From contig JBHGNT010000005.1 of NCBI GenBank assembly GCA_043228905.1, forward strand, positions 1,612,001 through 1,676,000: DNA of 64,000 bases. The letters are read 5' to 3'. This document shows positions 61,736 through 64,000 of this stretch, piece after piece. The notes beneath the pieces are model-generated. The model saw only the letters and a list, made by a program, of their open reading frames with translations, was not told the origin of the DNA and searched no databases. The DNA comes from Azolla caroliniana (Eukaryota; Plantae; Polypodiophyta). How positions within the stretch are numbered: the first letter of the stretch is position 1; each line of letters begins with the position of its first letter. The position numbers and the translations under genes are program-made.

Positions 61736-63073
61736 TCAGATTGATCTCGGATCCATGGTCTATTAGCGCCACTACCGGTTCTTGCACATCTCCGACAGGG
61801 GTCTCGGTAGTGGCTCTGGCCCAGTGTAGCTTTGAAAAATGGCTTTCCGCCAACTCGTCTTCCAGGGCCGCATCCTCTAGGTGCGTAGTCCGCACCTCTA
61901 CAGGCTTCTTCGGTTCCGGTTCCGTGGAGAGCCGTTTGCGCTTCACCAGGTCCACAATGGAGTCGTGGAAATCCTTCTTTGTGATCCCAAGCACCTCCCT
62001 CAATGACAGCTCCACCTTGATGTCGAGGATCCGCTCTTCGAGGACCTTCGACAGCTCCGTCGTTCTCTCTATCTCGGTGCTCAGCCGGTACCCGGCAGGC
62101 TTGGCCTTGTCCAGTATGCCGGAATTGCCGGCATCACTCTTTTTCGGGCCGAACCGGGTGTCGTACCGTTGTGAGGGCGCTTTCCCACGCGCTTGACTTC
62201 CACCAGAACCTCGTAGTTTTGGCATGCAGCTTCTACGAAGCCAGACTTTTCTTCGGCTGGGTTGTCCCACCCGGTGACTTCTCGGATCCACTACTCCACG
62301 CAGTCCGCTTCTTCCTTCTTCAACCGGACTCCGGAGAGGCCTTCCAGCACCAGGGGCCAGAACCCGGAGTGGCTTGCCTTCTGTCCTTCGTTGCCCCCGA
62401 CCTGGATTCCTGCCGATGCCGCATAATTCACTGCCTCGATGTGTCGCGCGACGGCCTCTTCCATCAGCCTCTTCATTCCACCAGGCCCGGTATTCACTTC
62501 CAGCGCTCTCTGAGTCTCATTGGAGTGCACTCGGCCACCCTAGAGGTACATTGCGTTAGTACTGAGAGCATCTGCGAAATCCGCGCAGTCTCTACGAGCA
62601 TGGCCAAATGCGTCGCACCATATGCATCACTGCCCTGCCGGTGGCCTTCGGTCGCAAGACTGGTCACCGTCGTCCCGTCATGCCTGCGCGATCTAGAGGT
62701 CGCGCACCATTTGTGTCAATTCTTCCACCGTCGCTCCTCCGAAGGGACCTTTGACCACGCCGCTCGAGGCCGAGCCCGTCCCAAGCCAGTTTCGGGTCTC
62801 TTCCTTTCGTGCCAGCGAAGGCTCCTCGAATAGCCTTGCCGGGACGGGTCTCGTTGCTGACGACCCTTCATCACTCCATTCTCGTCGTTTGTCGAAACGG
62901 TTACAGACTCCTTTAACCACGGCCCAGTCAGTCGTGAGCCCCTCATCGGTCTCCAACATGAGACCTACCTTTTCTCTGTCCAACGCGTCGACCGCTTTGA
63001 CGAACAGCAATACCCGGCTCGTATCAAGCACGGTCCGGTCAAGCGCCGAGAACTGCGTGAACCACGTTTCAAA

Positions 63074-63891
63074 TGACGGGAACCCAACGTTCCTTATACG
63101 CAACGCTCGGCCACAACCGAGCTTAGAATGATACACAGAAAATGGGAAATAGAACACGACACAAAGAAGAGGAAGATACACAGGAGGTTTACGTGGAAAA
63201 CCCCAAACTAGGGGAAAAACCATGGCAGCCAGCAGGCTGCAAACTGTCACTATGTAAGAATGTACAAAACAGTGAGTTCACGGAGGCAACGACCTCGGAC
63301 TCACGATCTTCGCCACAGGCGGCGGTTACAACAGAGGCAGCGACCTCTTTCTCTCTCTCTCTCTGTACAACGTTACGTACTCTCTCTTCTTCTTGCACCA
63401 ACAAGAAAATGACAACAACAACACTAAAGGTTTGCCCTAAGTCATATTTATACTAATATGACTTTTCGGCTATTTACAAATGTAGCCTCGATGGGCTCTC
63501 AGAAACATATTTACGAATATGTCTCTTCCTCCGGTTCGTACCGGGTCTACGTCATCCGGCTCTCCGTAGCCGGGTACTCCTCATCCGGTTTACACCGGGC
63601 CTGCACCATCCGGCTCTCCGTAGCCGGGTACTCCTCATCCGGTTCTCACCGGTCCTGCACCATCCGGCTCTCCGTAGCCGGGTACTCCTCATCCGGTTCA
63701 CACCGGGCCTGCACCATCCGGCTCTCCGTAGCCGGGTACTCCTCATCCGATTCACACCGGGCCTGCACCGTCCGGCTCTCCGTAGCCGGGTACTCCTCAT
63801 CCGGTTCACACTCCGCCTATCAGCCTCGGCCGAGATTGTTCGTCGGCACTGTTCTTCTCCCAACCCATCCGGAGGGACCTGTCTCCCAACA
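63074..63891 (-). mobile_element. Solo LTR H (818 bp), copia-type, with 5-bp TSD TCAAA
   Basis: TG...CA flanked by TCAAA at 63069-63073 and 63892-63896, with no internal domain. Contains gtttacgtggaaaaccc, a motif typical of copia LTR ends. Orientation inferred. Confidence 0.88.
63553..63811. repeat. 54-bp tandem repeat, about 4.8 copies, inside solo LTR H
   Basis: catccggctctccgtagccgggtactcctcatccggttcacaccgggcctgcac starting at 63553, 63607, 63661, 63715 and 63769. Confidence 0.95.
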
Positions 63892-64000
63892 TCAAATTCC
63901 TGGAGGAGCGCCAGTGCGCTCCTCCCCTTTCCAAGGCTTTCAACCCATGCCATGAAGTCCCGCTTCGACAATCGAAGCGAGTCGTCGAACCCATACTTTT

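Larger units (their letters stand above)
61736..64000 (-). mobile_element. Gypsy element G, decayed gag-protease, interrupted by F and by solo LTR H; runs off the window
   Basis: ALIDHGSEINLM, GYRLSTEIERTT, ETDEGLTTDW and SKRDFMAWVES are homologous to A gag. The frame rejoins across H (LLQEFE|TWFTQ). Confidence 0.88.

Noticed and set aside
63553-63811. Regular repeat array resembling CRISPR
   Set aside because: Units are head-to-tail with no unique spacers, there are no cas genes, and the array sits inside a eukaryotic solo LTR.
32400-63999. Hundreds of overlapping antisense and alternate-frame ORFs
   Set aside because: Expected shadows of GC-rich retroelement coding sequence and LTRs; no independent motifs seen.

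Overview
Eukaryotic, land-plant DNA. It is probably from a non-seed plant such as a fern or lycophyte, inferred from the retroelement types and not proven. 1-31.9 kb is AT-rich and mostly decayed repeat DNA. It contains one intact single-exon host gene (SUB1-like, 24729-26585, minus) and a 6.8-kb cut-and-paste DNA transposon (12005-18838) with 35-bp imperfect TIRs and a candidate 5-bp TSD. That transposon carries two head-to-head, now pseudogenised genes: a Sola-like DDD/E transposase with a C-terminal Tudor/BAH-like barrel, and a five-exon gene encoding a ParB/Srx-like domain fused to a bacterial-type beta-class amino (N6-adenine/N4-cytosine) DNA methyltransferase. This is the main candidate novel system. 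31.9-64 kb is a GC-rich stack of nested LTR retrotransposons: at least seven Ty3/gypsy relatives (tRNA-Trp PBS visible in four, 4-bp TSDs seen for two), one full-length Ty1/copia lacking a TSD, and a solo LTR. Within the stack are a -1 frameshift signal placed after the protease, a palindromic two-promoter LTR, and an apparent CpG target preference. All coordinates and alignments were read by eye; no database search was run.
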